DNA of 63,023 bases, the filler included, from Anaerolineae bacterium (GTDB lineage: Bacteria > Chloroflexota > Anaerolineae > B4-G1 > DUEL01): NCBI GenBank assembly GCA_041082215.1. It is 8 parts of 8 records of this genome, joined end to end, with 100 filler letters (N's around TTAATTAATTAA, not from the genome) between each part and the next. Parts side by side here need not be neighbours in the genome. Positions count along the whole stretch, not along the records: positions 4,782 to 26,720 come from JBDOIF010000085.1; 7 more parts are not named here. One strand, written 5' to 3'. Under the pieces are notes generated by a model. The model made no database searches and was not told where the DNA came from. It saw nothing but the letters and a program-made list of their open reading frames with translations. Positions 17,090-26,820 of this stretch are shown here, in pieces (the first letter of the stretch is position 1; every line of letters starts with the position of its first letter). The translations under genes and the position numbers were made by a program.

Positions 17090-19768
17090 TCAACCGAGAA
17101 TCTGGATGGTTCCCCTGGCCCCATCCACCGCGAGCTGCTGGCCCGTCCGCAGGATGCGGGTGGCCCCCTCGACGCCGATCACCGTTGGGATGCCGTACTC
17201 CCGTGCCACCACCGCGCCGTGGGAAAGCAGCCCACCGGCCTCGATCACCAGCCCGGCAGTCAAATGGAAAAGGGGGGTCCAGCCCGGATTGGTGTAGGGG
17301 GCCACCAGAATCTCCCCTTTCTCCAGCGACCGGGCCTCCTCCAGGTCGCGGACTACCCGCGCCGGACCTGTGGCCCAGCCGCTGGAACAGGGAGTCCCCT
17401 GCAGGAGGGTCACCTGGCCAGAGGGGAGGGGGAAGGGACGGGTTCCCCGTCCGATGACATTGGGCGGTTCGAAGTTCCGGTACGCGGTCCGCAGCCGCCG
17501 ATACCGTTCGATGGCCCGACGGATCTCCTCCGGGCCGAGCCGCCCATCCAGCGCGGCCTCGATCTCCTGCCAGCGGAGGAGAAAGACCTCATCCGCCCCT
17601 TCCAGCCAGCCGGCGGCGGTCCAGCGGCGGCCCAGCTCCAGGAAGAAGCGGCGGCAGTGATAGAAGGCCATCGAGGCGATCACCCGCATCTCCTCCCGCC
17701 ACCAGACGTAGCGACGCACCCGCTCCAACTGCTGCCGGAAGGAGCGGCGGGGGAAAGGCCAGAACCGACGCCAGCCCCGCGAGAGGGCCGCCATCGCCCT
17801 GGCCTCCGCTGCCTGCGCCTGTTCCCGCTGCATCGTCACCTGACGGGCCGGCTCCCGGGATACGTCTCCATCACCGATGAGGTGGATGTAGGCCTGGAGC
17901 GTGGTCAGCACAAAGGAGGGGTCTTCGTCCCAGCGGGGCTGGGCCAGGTCCTCATCCACCCGGCCCATATACCGGTATCGCTGGATGAACGCCTCCACCT
18001 CGGCCCAGAAGGCCCGACCGGCTGGGGTGGCCTGCAGTCGGCGGGGCATCTGGGCCGGGTCTTCCTCCGCCACGGCCCCAGCGACCTCCGGCTGCTCCCG
18101 GCCACGGCGGGCCAGCCCCCACAGTTCCAGCATCGGCCTGGCCGTTCCTACAAGGCAGGAAAGGCTTTCCGCCTCTTCTCCCGGCCCGGTATGGGACGGA
18201 CCGAACGCCCATCCTAAACCGGCGATCAGGTCCCCATAGGGGATAGCCTCCCCGGGAGGGAGATTACGGTTCAGCCGGGCCAGTGTGGGGGTGAACTCGT
18301 CCTGGGCCTGAGCCGCCAGCAGGCTCACCGTGATGGCGACGTGGTTGGCCCGCTGGTGGAGGTCCGCCATCCGCCGCACCCATTCGGCCAGCTCATCGTC
18401 GGTGAGAGCAGCGGGGTCCACAGCGGCTACCTCTGGCTCCTCCGCCCGGCGGAAGTGGTCGGCGAAGGCCGCCGCCTCCTGCCAGCAGGTCTCATATCGG
18501 CGGTTAAGGGCAAACAGGACCGGCAGCGCCCGCAGGATGGTGCGGGGGGTCCAGGGGGTGGTGAGGCCGTCCCCCTCGTAGGCGGGGTCAATGCCGACGG
18601 TGGCATCGAAGGTGCGCTCCTTGAAGCCGGGGATCAGGGCGGCGAACTGCTTGACCACGCCCACGTTCCAGTAGGGGCGGCCAAAGAAGGGCCGGCCCCA
18701 GACCGTGCCGGGCGGGGCTTCGCCCATCTTCAGGTCGCGGAACATCCCCGCCAGCGCCCGACCGTACTCGATCTCCAGGCTGAGGGAGAGGGAGAGAGGG
18801 GAGGCGAATCCCGGCAGCACCTCCCGGTGGTTGGCCGAGGTCCACTGCCCCATCCCGGGGTCGAACTGGAAGGCGGTCATCGGGCGGGTCTGGAGGAGAT
18901 AGAAGTGCCCATCGGCCAGCGCCCATTCCACGTCCTGGGGGAAGCCATAGAGGGCCTGCACCTGGTACCCCAGCTCGGCCAGCTCCAGGAGTTGCCGGTC
19001 GTCCAGCACCGGCCGGCCCCGCCGATCTGGCGGCACAGCGACCTCCCTCGTGCCCCCCTGGGGGGCGGCGATCCACATCGTGGGCCGGTCGGCTGGCTCG
19101 CGGCGGAGGACCCGACGGTCGTAGGGGTTCACCACATACCGATCCGGCGTGACCTCTCCGGCGACCAGCGGCGCCCCCAGCCCCCAGACCGCCTCGACCA
19201 GCATCTCCTCCTCCCGGCCAGAGAGGGGGTTGAGGGAAAAGAGGACGCCGGCCGCTTCTGCCGGTATCTGCTGCTGGATGAGGACAGCCATCCCGATCCG
19301 GCGGGGGTCCGTCCCGCACTGGACGGCGTAGGCGCGGGCCCGCTCGCTCCAGGGGGCGGCCCAGCAGCCGCGGACGGCCGTCAGCAGAGGCACAAGACCA
19401 TCCCGCCCCTCCCCTGCTGCGACGTTCAGGAAGGTGTCGTACTGGCCGGCGAAGGAGGCCTCCGGCAGGTCCTCGGCGGTGGCGGAGGAGCGGATGGCAA
19501 GGAAGGGAGAGAGAGCAGCGCATGCCTCCTCCACCGCCCGCGCCACCTCGGAGGGCACCTCCGCCTCCCGCAATGCGAGGGGGTCGGGTTCGGTGCCGGG
19601 GGGAGCGCTGGCTTCCAGGAAGGCATGGTAGGCGTCGGTGGTGAGGCAGAAGCCGGGAGGGACCGGCAACCCGGCGCGGGCCAGTTGCGCCAGTCGAAGC
19701 GCCTTGCTTCCCACGCGGGGACCATCGGAGTCCCTGATCTCTGTCAGGAAAAGGATGTACCGCCTCAT
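17090..19768 (-). CDS. PEP-utilising enzyme (PPDK_N ATP-grasp, central helical domain, C-terminal phospho-His swivel; rifampin phosphotransferase-like architecture)
   Basis: GSKA, IRSSATAED..ASFAGQYDT, DVEWA..LLQTRP, C-terminal TNPGWTP...GGLLSHGAVVAREYGIP; start at ATG 19768 (MRRYIL). Confidence 0.85.
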   Translation of the reverse strand: MRRYILFLTEIRDSDGPRVGSKALRLAQLARAGLPVPPGFCLTTDAYHAFLEASAPPGTEPDPLALREAEVPSEVARAVEEACAALSPFLAIRSSATAEDLPEASFAGQYDTFLNVAAGEGRDGLVPLLTAVRGCWAAPWSERARAYAVQCGTDPRRIGMAVLIQQQIPAEAAGVLFSLNPLSGREEEMLVEAVWGLGAPLVAGEVTPDRYVVNPYDRRVLRREPADRPTMWIAAPQGGTREVAVPPDRRGRPVLDDRQLLELAELGYQVQALYGFPQDVEWALADGHFYLLQTRPMTAFQFDPGMGQWTSANHREVLPGFASPLSLSLSLEIEYGRALAGMFRDLKMGEAPPGTVWGRPFFGRPYWNVGVVKQFAALIPGFKERTFDATVGIDPAYEGDGLTTPWTPRTILRALPVLFALNRRYETCWQEAAAFADHFRRAEEPEVAAVDPAALTDDELAEWVRRMADLHQRANHVAITVSLLAAQAQDEFTPTLARLNRNLPPGEAIPYGDLIAGLGWAFGPSHTGPGEEAESLSCLVGTARPMLELWGLARRGREQPEVAGAVAEEDPAQMPRRLQATPAGRAFWAEVEAFIQRYRYMGRVDEDLAQPRWDEDPSFVLTTLQAYIHLIGDGDVSREPARQVTMQREQAQAAEARAMAALSRGWRRFWPFPRRSFRQQLERVRRYVWWREEMRVIASMAFYHCRRFFLELGRRWTAAGWLEGADEVFLLRWQEIEAALDGRLGPEEIRRAIERYRRLRTAYRNFEPPNVIGRGTRPFPLPSGQVTLLQGTPCSSGWATGPARVVRDLEEARSLEKGEILVAPYTNPGWTPLFHLTAGLVIEAGGLLSHGAVVAREYGIPTVIGVEGATRILRTGQQLAVDGARGTIQILG

Positions 19769-19769
19769 C

Positions 19770-21056
19770 TCACGACACAATCGGCAACGGAAGTTCCGGC
19801 AGCTTCTCCAGGTCCATTCGGCTGAGGAGCGCCAGCGAGCGGTCCATTGCCTCCAGGACGAAATCAACCTCGTCCGGCTGGATGATGAGGGGAGGGAGGA
19901 TCTGGATGGTGGAGGGGCGGTAGTCGGCGAAGACGGCCAGGACGCCGTTCTGGAACAGCGCCATGCTCATCAGCGGCCCCAGCCGGTCGTCGGTCAGCTC
20001 AAAGCCGATCATCAGCCCCCGCTGGCGGACCCCGGCGACGATGGGGTAGCGGGCCTTCAGGTCGGCGAAGCCTCTGGCGAACCGTTCCCCCATCGCCCGG
20101 ACGTGCTCCAGGAAGCCCGGCTCGGTGATCTGATCCAGCATCGCCAGGGCTGCCACACACCCGAGCGCTGCCCCTCCGAAGCTGGAGAGGTGAATGAACG
20201 GGTTCTCCTGAAAAAAGCGGTCGAGGTGGGGCCGGTGGCAGGTGGCGGACATGGGGTAGATTCCGCCGCTGAGCCCCTTGCCGATGACCAGGATATCCGG
20301 CACCACCCCCCATTCCTCGATCGCCCACATCCGGCCGGTGCGGCCCAGGCCGGCCTGGACCTCGTCCAGGATCAGCACCGCCCCGGCCCGGTCGCAGATC
20401 TCCCGCACGCGGGGGTAGTAGTCATCGGGCGGGATGAGGATGCCAGCGGTAGCGGGGATGGTCTCGATGATGACCGCTGCTGTCTCTTCGTCCACTGCTT
20501 CCTCCAGTGCGTCGGGGTCGCCGAAGGGGACCTTGAGGAAGCCTGGCGGCATGGGGCCGAAGTGGGCGCGGAAGACGTCCTCTCCAGCTGCCAGGGCAAA
20601 GCCGGTATGGCCGTGGTAGCCCTTGCGGACGGAGATGACTTTGGGGCGGCGGGTATAGCCCCGGGCCAGCTTGATCGCCACATCAATGGCTTCAGCGCCG
20701 CCGGGGGAGAAGGTGGTGTACTGGATGTCGCCGGGGGTCAGCTCCGCCAGCCGTCGGCCCAGCACAGCCCGCATCTCGCTCATCAGCATATGGTCCCCCA
20801 CGTCCAGCTCGTCCAGTGCCCGCTTCACCGCCTCCACCACCCGGGGCGGCCGGTGGCCCAGGTTGAAAACGCCGCCGGAGGTGCGGCAGTTGATAACGCG
20901 GTGGCTACCGCCCACGTCCCACAGCCAGACCCCCTCCCGACGGCCCGGCACGAAGTTAATCCCCATCGCCCGGTAGACCGTCACCCGGCCGGGGTTGACA
21001 TAGCGGGCGTAGTCCTCGATGATCCGCTCCTTGGGCTGCTGGCCGATGTAGACCAT
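19770..21056 (-). CDS. Class III PLP-dependent aminotransferase (putrescine/acetylornithine aminotransferase-like)
   Basis: NLGH, GGAEA, GYHG, ILDEVQAGLGRTG, PLP Lys in IGKGLSGG; start ATG 21056 after AAGGAG. Confidence 0.9.
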   Translation of the reverse strand: MVYIGQQPKERIIEDYARYVNPGRVTVYRAMGINFVPGRREGVWLWDVGGSHRVINCRTSGGVFNLGHRPPRVVEAVKRALDELDVGDHMLMSEMRAVLGRRLAELTPGDIQYTTFSPGGAEAIDVAIKLARGYTRRPKVISVRKGYHGHTGFALAAGEDVFRAHFGPMPPGFLKVPFGDPDALEEAVDEETAAVIIETIPATAGILIPPDDYYPRVREICDRAGAVLILDEVQAGLGRTGRMWAIEEWGVVPDILVIGKGLSGGIYPMSATCHRPHLDRFFQENPFIHLSSFGGAALGCVAALAMLDQITEPGFLEHVRAMGERFARGFADLKARYPIVAGVRQRGLMIGFELTDDRLGPLMSMALFQNGVLAVFADYRPSTIQILPPLIIQPDEVDFVLEAMDRSLALLSRMDLEKLPELPLPIVS

Positions 21057-21083
21057 GTCTCTCTCCTTATGGGATGAACGAAA

Positions 21084-21159
21084 ACCACAGAGACACGGAG
21101 TTTTGCGGAGTTTTCGAGGTTCTCTCGGTGTTCCTCTGTGCCCTCCGTGCCTCCATGGT
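21084..21159. repeat. Imperfect inverted repeat built from ~9-nt units
   Basis: accacagagacacggag ... ctccgtgcctccatggt; related sequences near 28750-28820 and 44690-44750. Confidence 0.6.
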
Positions 21160-21187
21160 GAGATACAGCCAGTTCCTGGCATCACTT

Positions 21188-24088
21188 CTACCCATCTTCG
21201 TTCCCCCGCGTTCCTCTGTCCCCGCGTCCCCGTGTCCTTCCCTCCTCCAGCCATTTCCTTGCCGCCTGGGGCAGCATCGTTGCCGGGCCACGACGGATAG
21301 TGGGGCCAGGAAGGGACTGCAGGAAGACCTGGCCGTAGGACTTGCTGACCAGCCTCCGGTCGAAGATAGCCACGACTCCCCGGTCGGTGCGGGTGCGGAT
21401 GAGGCGGCCGAACCCCTGGAGAAAAGAGAGCACCGCTTCTGGAACCGCATACTCGAGGAAAGGCTCATCAAAGGTCTCCGCGCGGGCAGCGAAGATTGGG
21501 TCGGTAGGCACATTGAAGGGAAGCTTAGCGATAGCCAGACAACTGAGCGCCTCCCCCGGCACGTCCACCCCCTCCCAGAAACTGCGGGTCCCCAGGAGGA
21601 CCGCCCGTTCGGTGGTGCGGAAGTTCTCCAGGAGCTGATTGCGGGAGAGTCCCTCCCCCTGGGCATAGAGGGTGATGTCGGCCTGGGCCAGGGGGGCAGC
21701 AAGGGCCCGGGCGGTGGATCGGAGCTGGCTGTAGGAGGTGAAGAGCCCCAGCGCCCGGCCACCGGTAGCCTGGAAAAGGGCGAGCATCCCCTGTTCCACC
21801 GCTCGCTGGTAGCCCGGCTGCCCCGGCTCGGGGATGTCGTCCACGATATAGACCAGGGTGGAGGACCCGTAGTCGAAAGGGGAGTCCACCGCCAGCTCTT
21901 CCGCTTCCCAGGCATGGAGCCGCTCCCGGAGGAAATCGAAGCTGCCGCCGGTGCGGAGGGTGGCCGAGGTGAGGATGACGACCTCCTTTTTGTGGAAGAG
22001 ATGCTCCCGAATCAGCGGACCAACGTGGAGGGGAGCGGCGTGGATGGAGAGAGGGACCGCTCCGGGACCGGCCTCGATCCAGTAGATGGTCTGCTTGTTG
22101 GGCTGGACAACGAAGCCGTTCAGGTGGCCCAGGATTTCCGTCAGCCGTCGGGCCACACCGATCAGCTCTGCTTGCAGGTCCTCCCCATCCCGCAGGCCCA
22201 TCGCCTCCAGGTTTGCCAGCCCGCCCGCCAGCCGTTCCAGGCCGTCGGCCACGGCGAAGAGGGGGGTACTGGTCTCGTCCCAGGCAACCTCCACCGCATC
22301 CCAGGCCGGTTGCGCCCTCTGGGCGGCATTGATGCGAAGGCGAGAGGCGTACCCGCCGGCCCCCTTCTCCTCCCCGATCTCTTCCATCAGCCGCTCCAGT
22401 TGCCCGAAGAAACTCTCCAGCCCCCGTTCGGCCCGCTCCACTGCCTGAGCCACCTGCCCTGCGAACCCTTCCAGTTTTGCCATTAGCGGGGGGTCCAGCC
22501 GGGCCGCACGGCAACGGGCCAGCGTTTCCCCCAGGAGGCCGGTGAAGGCAGCTCCGGCCGCCCCTTCGCCAGCCCCCCGGCGGTGGCCCACCTCTTCAAG
22601 CATCCGCCGGATGACCTCTTTGTCGGTCTCGAACGAGAGGCCGTTGGTGGTGGCCGTCTCAAGGTGGTGGGCCTCGTCCACGATCAGGTAGCGGTACTCC
22701 GGCAGCGCCCGGCTCTGCACCGCCACGTCGGCCAGGAGCAGGGCGTGGTTGACGATGACCAGGTGGGCCGCTTCGGCCGCCCGTCGGGCACGGTAGAAGA
22801 AGCACTCCCCTTTGTGGAAATAGCGACACCGCTCCGGGTCACACCCGTCGAACTCGGCCGACAGGTCCCGCCAGATAGCCCGCTCGGTGGAGGAAGGCAG
22901 GAAGAGGCTATCCCCGTCGCCGTCCAGCGTGTTGGGCAGCCAGACCAGCACCCGGGCCAGCACATCCATCTCCCTGGTCGAGGAGGGGCCGATCCGCCGG
23001 AGCGCAGCCAGGCGGGCCGGGCAGAGGTAGTGGGAACGCCCCTTCAGCACCGCCGCCCGGAAGTCCAGGGGAAGGATACGGGCCAGGTCCGGCAGGTCCT
23101 TCCGGTAGAGCTGTTCCTGAAGGTTGATGGTGTTGGTGGAGATGACGACCCGCTCCCCGTTCTGGACCGCCCAGTGGACGGTGGGGATGAGGTAGGCCAG
23201 CGATTTGCCGACGCCGGTGGGGGCCTCGACGATCAGGTGGCAGCCCTCGTTGAAGGCACGGACCACTTCCCGCAGCATCCTGACCTGCTGGGGGCGATGC
23301 TCATAGCCGGGGAACTTCTGGGCAAAGGCGCCATCCTCCTCCAGCAGCCCGGCCAGCTTCTCCACGTCCAGCGGCCGGCGGCCCTCCTCCGGCTTGAGGG
23401 GCGGCTCGTCAATGGAGACAGAGAAGATAGGAGCCTCCCTCGCCTGCCCTCGCTTTGCCGCCAGTTGAGCGCCGATGGTGCTGGTGAAGCTCCCCTGCGC
23501 GGCCTCCCGCAGCGCCTGGCGGAAGAACTCGGTGGGGGGCCAGTTCACCCTCCCCCCGTGGCGGACCAGCTCCTCAAGGACAGAGGTGGGCAGGGCCAGC
23601 GCCCGCTCGAAGAGGGCGAGGAACAACCGGTGGGTGGTACGGGCATCGTCCAGCGCCCGGTGGGAAACAGGGGGCGGGAACCCCAGAAACTGAGCCAGCG
23701 ACCTCAGGCTGTAGCGACGGGCATCGGGGGCCAGAATGGTAGCCAGCGTGAAGGTATCCAGCAGCCGGTTGGGCTCCAGGATCGAGTGACGGTGGAGGAA
23801 CTCCAGGTCGAAACCGATGCTGTGGCCGACGACCAGCCGGTCGCCCACGAAGCGGGAGAATCTGTGCAGCACCTCATGCAGACGAGGGGCGGCCTCCAGC
23901 TCCTCATCGGTGAGGCCGGTGAGGACCACGATCTCCGACGGCAGAGGCCGTCCGGGGTTGACCAGAGTGCTGAACTCCTCCAGCACCTCCTCCCCCCGGA
24001 ACTTCACCGCCCCGATCTCAATAATTGCATCCCGGTCTGGATCCAGCCCGGTGGTCTCCAGATCGAGCGCAACATAGATGGGTAACAT
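21188..24088 (-). CDS. dinG: DinG-family helicase with N-terminal DnaQ-like 3'-5' exonuclease
   Basis: Exonuclease DLETTG...HRALDDA; Walker A APTGVGKS; IVDEAHH; TSATL; SFWEGVD; QGFGRLIR. Confidence 0.92.
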   Translation of the reverse strand: MLPIYVALDLETTGLDPDRDAIIEIGAVKFRGEEVLEEFSTLVNPGRPLPSEIVVLTGLTDEELEAAPRLHEVLHRFSRFVGDRLVVGHSIGFDLEFLHRHSILEPNRLLDTFTLATILAPDARRYSLRSLAQFLGFPPPVSHRALDDARTTHRLFLALFERALALPTSVLEELVRHGGRVNWPPTEFFRQALREAAQGSFTSTIGAQLAAKRGQAREAPIFSVSIDEPPLKPEEGRRPLDVEKLAGLLEEDGAFAQKFPGYEHRPQQVRMLREVVRAFNEGCHLIVEAPTGVGKSLAYLIPTVHWAVQNGERVVISTNTINLQEQLYRKDLPDLARILPLDFRAAVLKGRSHYLCPARLAALRRIGPSSTREMDVLARVLVWLPNTLDGDGDSLFLPSSTERAIWRDLSAEFDGCDPERCRYFHKGECFFYRARRAAEAAHLVIVNHALLLADVAVQSRALPEYRYLIVDEAHHLETATTNGLSFETDKEVIRRMLEEVGHRRGAGEGAAGAAFTGLLGETLARCRAARLDPPLMAKLEGFAGQVAQAVERAERGLESFFGQLERLMEEIGEEKGAGGYASRLRINAAQRAQPAWDAVEVAWDETSTPLFAVADGLERLAGGLANLEAMGLRDGEDLQAELIGVARRLTEILGHLNGFVVQPNKQTIYWIEAGPGAVPLSIHAAPLHVGPLIREHLFHKKEVVILTSATLRTGGSFDFLRERLHAWEAEELAVDSPFDYGSSTLVYIVDDIPEPGQPGYQRAVEQGMLALFQATGGRALGLFTSYSQLRSTARALAAPLAQADITLYAQGEGLSRNQLLENFRTTERAVLLGTRSFWEGVDVPGEALSCLAIAKLPFNVPTDPIFAARAETFDEPFLEYAVPEAVLSFLQGFGRLIRTRTDRGVVAIFDRRLVSKSYGQVFLQSLPGPTIRRGPATMLPQAARKWLEEGRTRGRGDRGTRGNEDG

Positions 24089-24169
24089 CCCCCCCCTTTC
24101 CGATGAAGACCAGGCTTGTGTGGAGGGGATTATACCGTAGAAAGAGCAGGGGGAAAAGCCGCGGCTTGC

Positions 24170-24385
24170 TCAGATGTTGTGGACCCCCTCGATCTCCACT
24201 TTCGCCTCCTCCAGGGCTTTCAGCGCGGCCGCTGCGTCCTCTCGGTGGATGCGCAGGCAGATCCCGCAGTCGGAGCTGAGGTGACGGGGAACGGGGATCG
24301 GTCGGCAGGCAATCCCGGCTCGTTGCAGCACCTTCTCTGCCTTCAGCGCGTGGGCCGTGGAGTATACCAGGATCACGGCGTACAT
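24170..24385 (-). CDS. DUF3343-like small protein associated with Se/S metabolism clusters
   Basis: STAHALKAEKVL...IPVPRHLSSDCG; GGAGG RBS; follows a cysteine desulfurase and selD. Confidence 0.75.
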   Translation of the reverse strand: MYAVILVYSTAHALKAEKVLQRAGIACRPIPVPRHLSSDCGICLRIHREDAAAALKALEEAKVEIEGVHNI

Positions 24386-24396
24386 TTCCTCCAAGC

Positions 24397-25572
24397 TTAT
24401 CCTCCTGGCGTCCTGCGTCCTGCTTCCTCCGCCAGCCTCTCCACCGCTTCCAGCGCCCGGTCCACCTCTCCGGCAGTGTTGAAGGCCCCCAGGCCGAAGC
24501 GGACGGTACCGACAGGGAAAGTGCCGATGGTCCTGTGAGCTGCAGGGGCGCAATGGAGGCCCACGCGGCACATGATGCCGAACTCTTCATCCAGACGCAG
24601 CCCTGCCTCCGAGGGTTCCATCCCGGCGATGTTGAAGGAAACGACCGCCGTCCGGAGGTGAGCCTCCGCCGGCCCGTAGACGGTCACGCCGGGGATACTC
24701 CTCAGGCCGTCCAGAAGCTGCTGGCTTAATTCCACCTCGTGGGCGCGGACGGCCTCCACACCCTGTTCCAGCACCCAACGGGCGCCAGCTTCCAGCCCTG
24801 CCAGCCCCACCGCGTTGGGCGTCCCGCTCTCGCACATATCCGGCAGGAAGTCCGGTTGCTCCTCCCGCTCCGACCGGCTCCCCGTCCCGCCCCGGATGAG
24901 GGGCCGGAACTCCTCCAGCGGGACCCGCTCCCCGATAATCAGGCCGCCGGTGCCGGTCGGCCCGTAGAGGGACTTGTGGCCGGTGAAGGCCAGAAGGTCT
25001 ATCCCGTCGGCCTGCATATCTATAGGGATGGCCCCCCCGCTCTGCGCCCCGTCCACCACCAATAACGGGCCATTCATCTGCTGCAGGGCCCGCCCCACCT
25101 CCGCCACCGGCAGGATCGTCCCCGTCACATTGGAGGCGTGGTTGAGGACAACCAGACGGGTGTTGGGCTGGAGAGCCGCCAGCACTGCCTGGGGGTCCAG
25201 AACACCCTCCGGCGAACAGGGGACCACCGTCACCTCCACCCCTTCCCGCTCCAGCGCTCGCAGCGGCCGCATCACCGAGTTGTGCTCCATGCTGGAGGTG
25301 ACGACGTGGTCGCCTGGGCGCAGGAGGCCCCGCAGGGCCAGGTTGATCCCCTCTGTGGCGTTCATCCCGAAGACCACCCGCAGCGGGTCGGGGGCATGAA
25401 AAAGCTGGGCCACCGCCTCGCGCGCGGCGTAGACGATGCGCCCCGCCTCCACCGAAAGCCGATGGCCGGAGCGGCCCGGGTTAGCGCCGACCCCGGTCAT
25501 AAAGCGGGCCATCGCCGCCAGGACCTGCGGGGGCTTGGGCCAGGACGTGGCCGCGTTGTCCAGGTAAATCAC
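24397..25572 (-). CDS. Cysteine desulfurase / selenocysteine lyase (class V aminotransferase)
   Basis: IYLDNAATS, EHNSV, DGAQ, FTGHKSL, catalytic RVGLHCAP. Confidence 0.92.
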   Translation of the reverse strand: MIYLDNAATSWPKPPQVLAAMARFMTGVGANPGRSGHRLSVEAGRIVYAAREAVAQLFHAPDPLRVVFGMNATEGINLALRGLLRPGDHVVTSSMEHNSVMRPLRALEREGVEVTVVPCSPEGVLDPQAVLAALQPNTRLVVLNHASNVTGTILPVAEVGRALQQMNGPLLVVDGAQSGGAIPIDMQADGIDLLAFTGHKSLYGPTGTGGLIIGERVPLEEFRPLIRGGTGSRSEREEQPDFLPDMCESGTPNAVGLAGLEAGARWVLEQGVEAVRAHEVELSQQLLDGLRSIPGVTVYGPAEAHLRTAVVSFNIAGMEPSEAGLRLDEEFGIMCRVGLHCAPAAHRTIGTFPVGTVRFGLGAFNTAGEVDRALEAVERLAEEAGRRTPGG

Positions 25573-25583
25573 TTTGCCTCCTC

Positions 25584-25609
25584 GTAGCGCAAGATTAATC
25601 TTGCGCTAC
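25584..25609. repeat. GTAG-type perfect palindrome overlapping the selD stop
   Basis: gtagcgcaagattaatcttgcgctac is self-complementary over 26 bp. Confidence 0.75.
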
Positions 25610-26650
25610 AACCTCTATCCCTGGCTCCCCCTCCACCACCTCCCCGATCTCCCAGAAGGGCTGACCCAGCGCCCGGCATGCTTCGGCAAAGCGGTCCATC
25701 TCAGCGACGGGGATGGCGGCCAGAATCCCTCCGTTGGTCTGGGCGTCGTAGAGGAGCATCTGGACCTCCTCGGGGATGGACGGGTCAAAGGTCACCCACT
25801 GGCCGAAGTGCATCTCGTTGGCCGCCGTCCCGCCGGGGAAGAGCCACAGGTCGGCCAGGGGGCGGGCGGCCTCCAGGATGGGGGCCCGGTCCGCCCAGAC
25901 CCGGAAGCGGACCCCTGCTGCCAGTGCCATCTCGACGGCGTGGCCCAGAAAGCCGAAGCCGGTGACGTCGGTGGCGCCCCGGGCGGAGGTGGCGTGGACG
26001 GCCCGGACCGCGTCCCGGTTCAGCCGCAACATCCAGGGGACAGCCTGGGCCAGCGCCTCGGGGGAGGCCTGTCCGGCCCGGTAGGCAGTGGTGATGACGC
26101 CGGAGCCCAGCGGCTTGGTCAGGACCAGCCGCTCCCCGGGCCTTGCGCCGCCCTTCAGGAGCAGCCGCTCCGGGGCCACCGTCCCGACGACGGCCAGGCC
26201 GTACTTGGGCTCCTTATCGTCCATTGTGTGCCCGCCAGCGACGACGACGCCTGCCTCCCGCGCCTTCTCCATCCCGCCCCGGAAAATCTCGGCGGCGATC
26301 TCCGGCGGCATGTCCGAGGGAATCGCGGCCAGGTTGAGGGCCAGGAAGGGGGTCCCGCCCATCGCGTAGACGTCGCTGATGGAATTGGCGGCGGCGATGG
26401 CGCCGTAGGTGTGGGCGTCGTCCACCACCGGCGCGAAGAAGTCCGCTGTGACGACCAGCAGGGTGCCGTCCTCCAGCCGGTAGACGACAGCGTCGTCGGG
26501 CGAGCCCAGCCCCACAACAACGCGCTCGCTTTCCTCCAGCGAATCCAGCAGGGGGCGCAGGACCTGCGCCAGGGCCCCGGGGGCCAGTTTCCCCGCTCAA
26601 CCCGCGCAGGAGGCGATCTGGGTCAGCCGGGTGAAGTCTCGTTTGGGCAT
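25595..26650 (-). CDS. selD: Selenophosphate synthetase, selenoprotein (TGA=Sec at codon 18, 26597-26599)
   Basis: ATG 26650 after AGGAGG reads MPKRDFTRLTQIASCAG-TGA-AGK in frame with DDA, ANSISDVYAMGG, GGHT, LTKPLG, TDVTGFG, DAQTNGG. Confidence 0.93.
26554..26570 (-). promoter_or_regulatory. Predicted bacterial SECIS hairpin of selD
   Basis: GGCGCAG-GTC-CTGCGCC starting 26 nt after the UGA, with G in the apical loop. Confidence 0.7.
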
Positions 26651-26820
26651 GGGACCTCCTGGCCCTCACCCCCACCTCCTGCGGCTTGGCCGCCGGGGGT
26701 GGGGGGTGAGGGCTACCGCGNNNNNNNNNNNNNNNNNNNNNNNNNNNNNNNNNNNNNNNNNNNNTTAATTAATTAANNNNNNNNNNNNNNNNNNNNNNNN
26801 NNNNNNNNNNNNNNNNNNNN

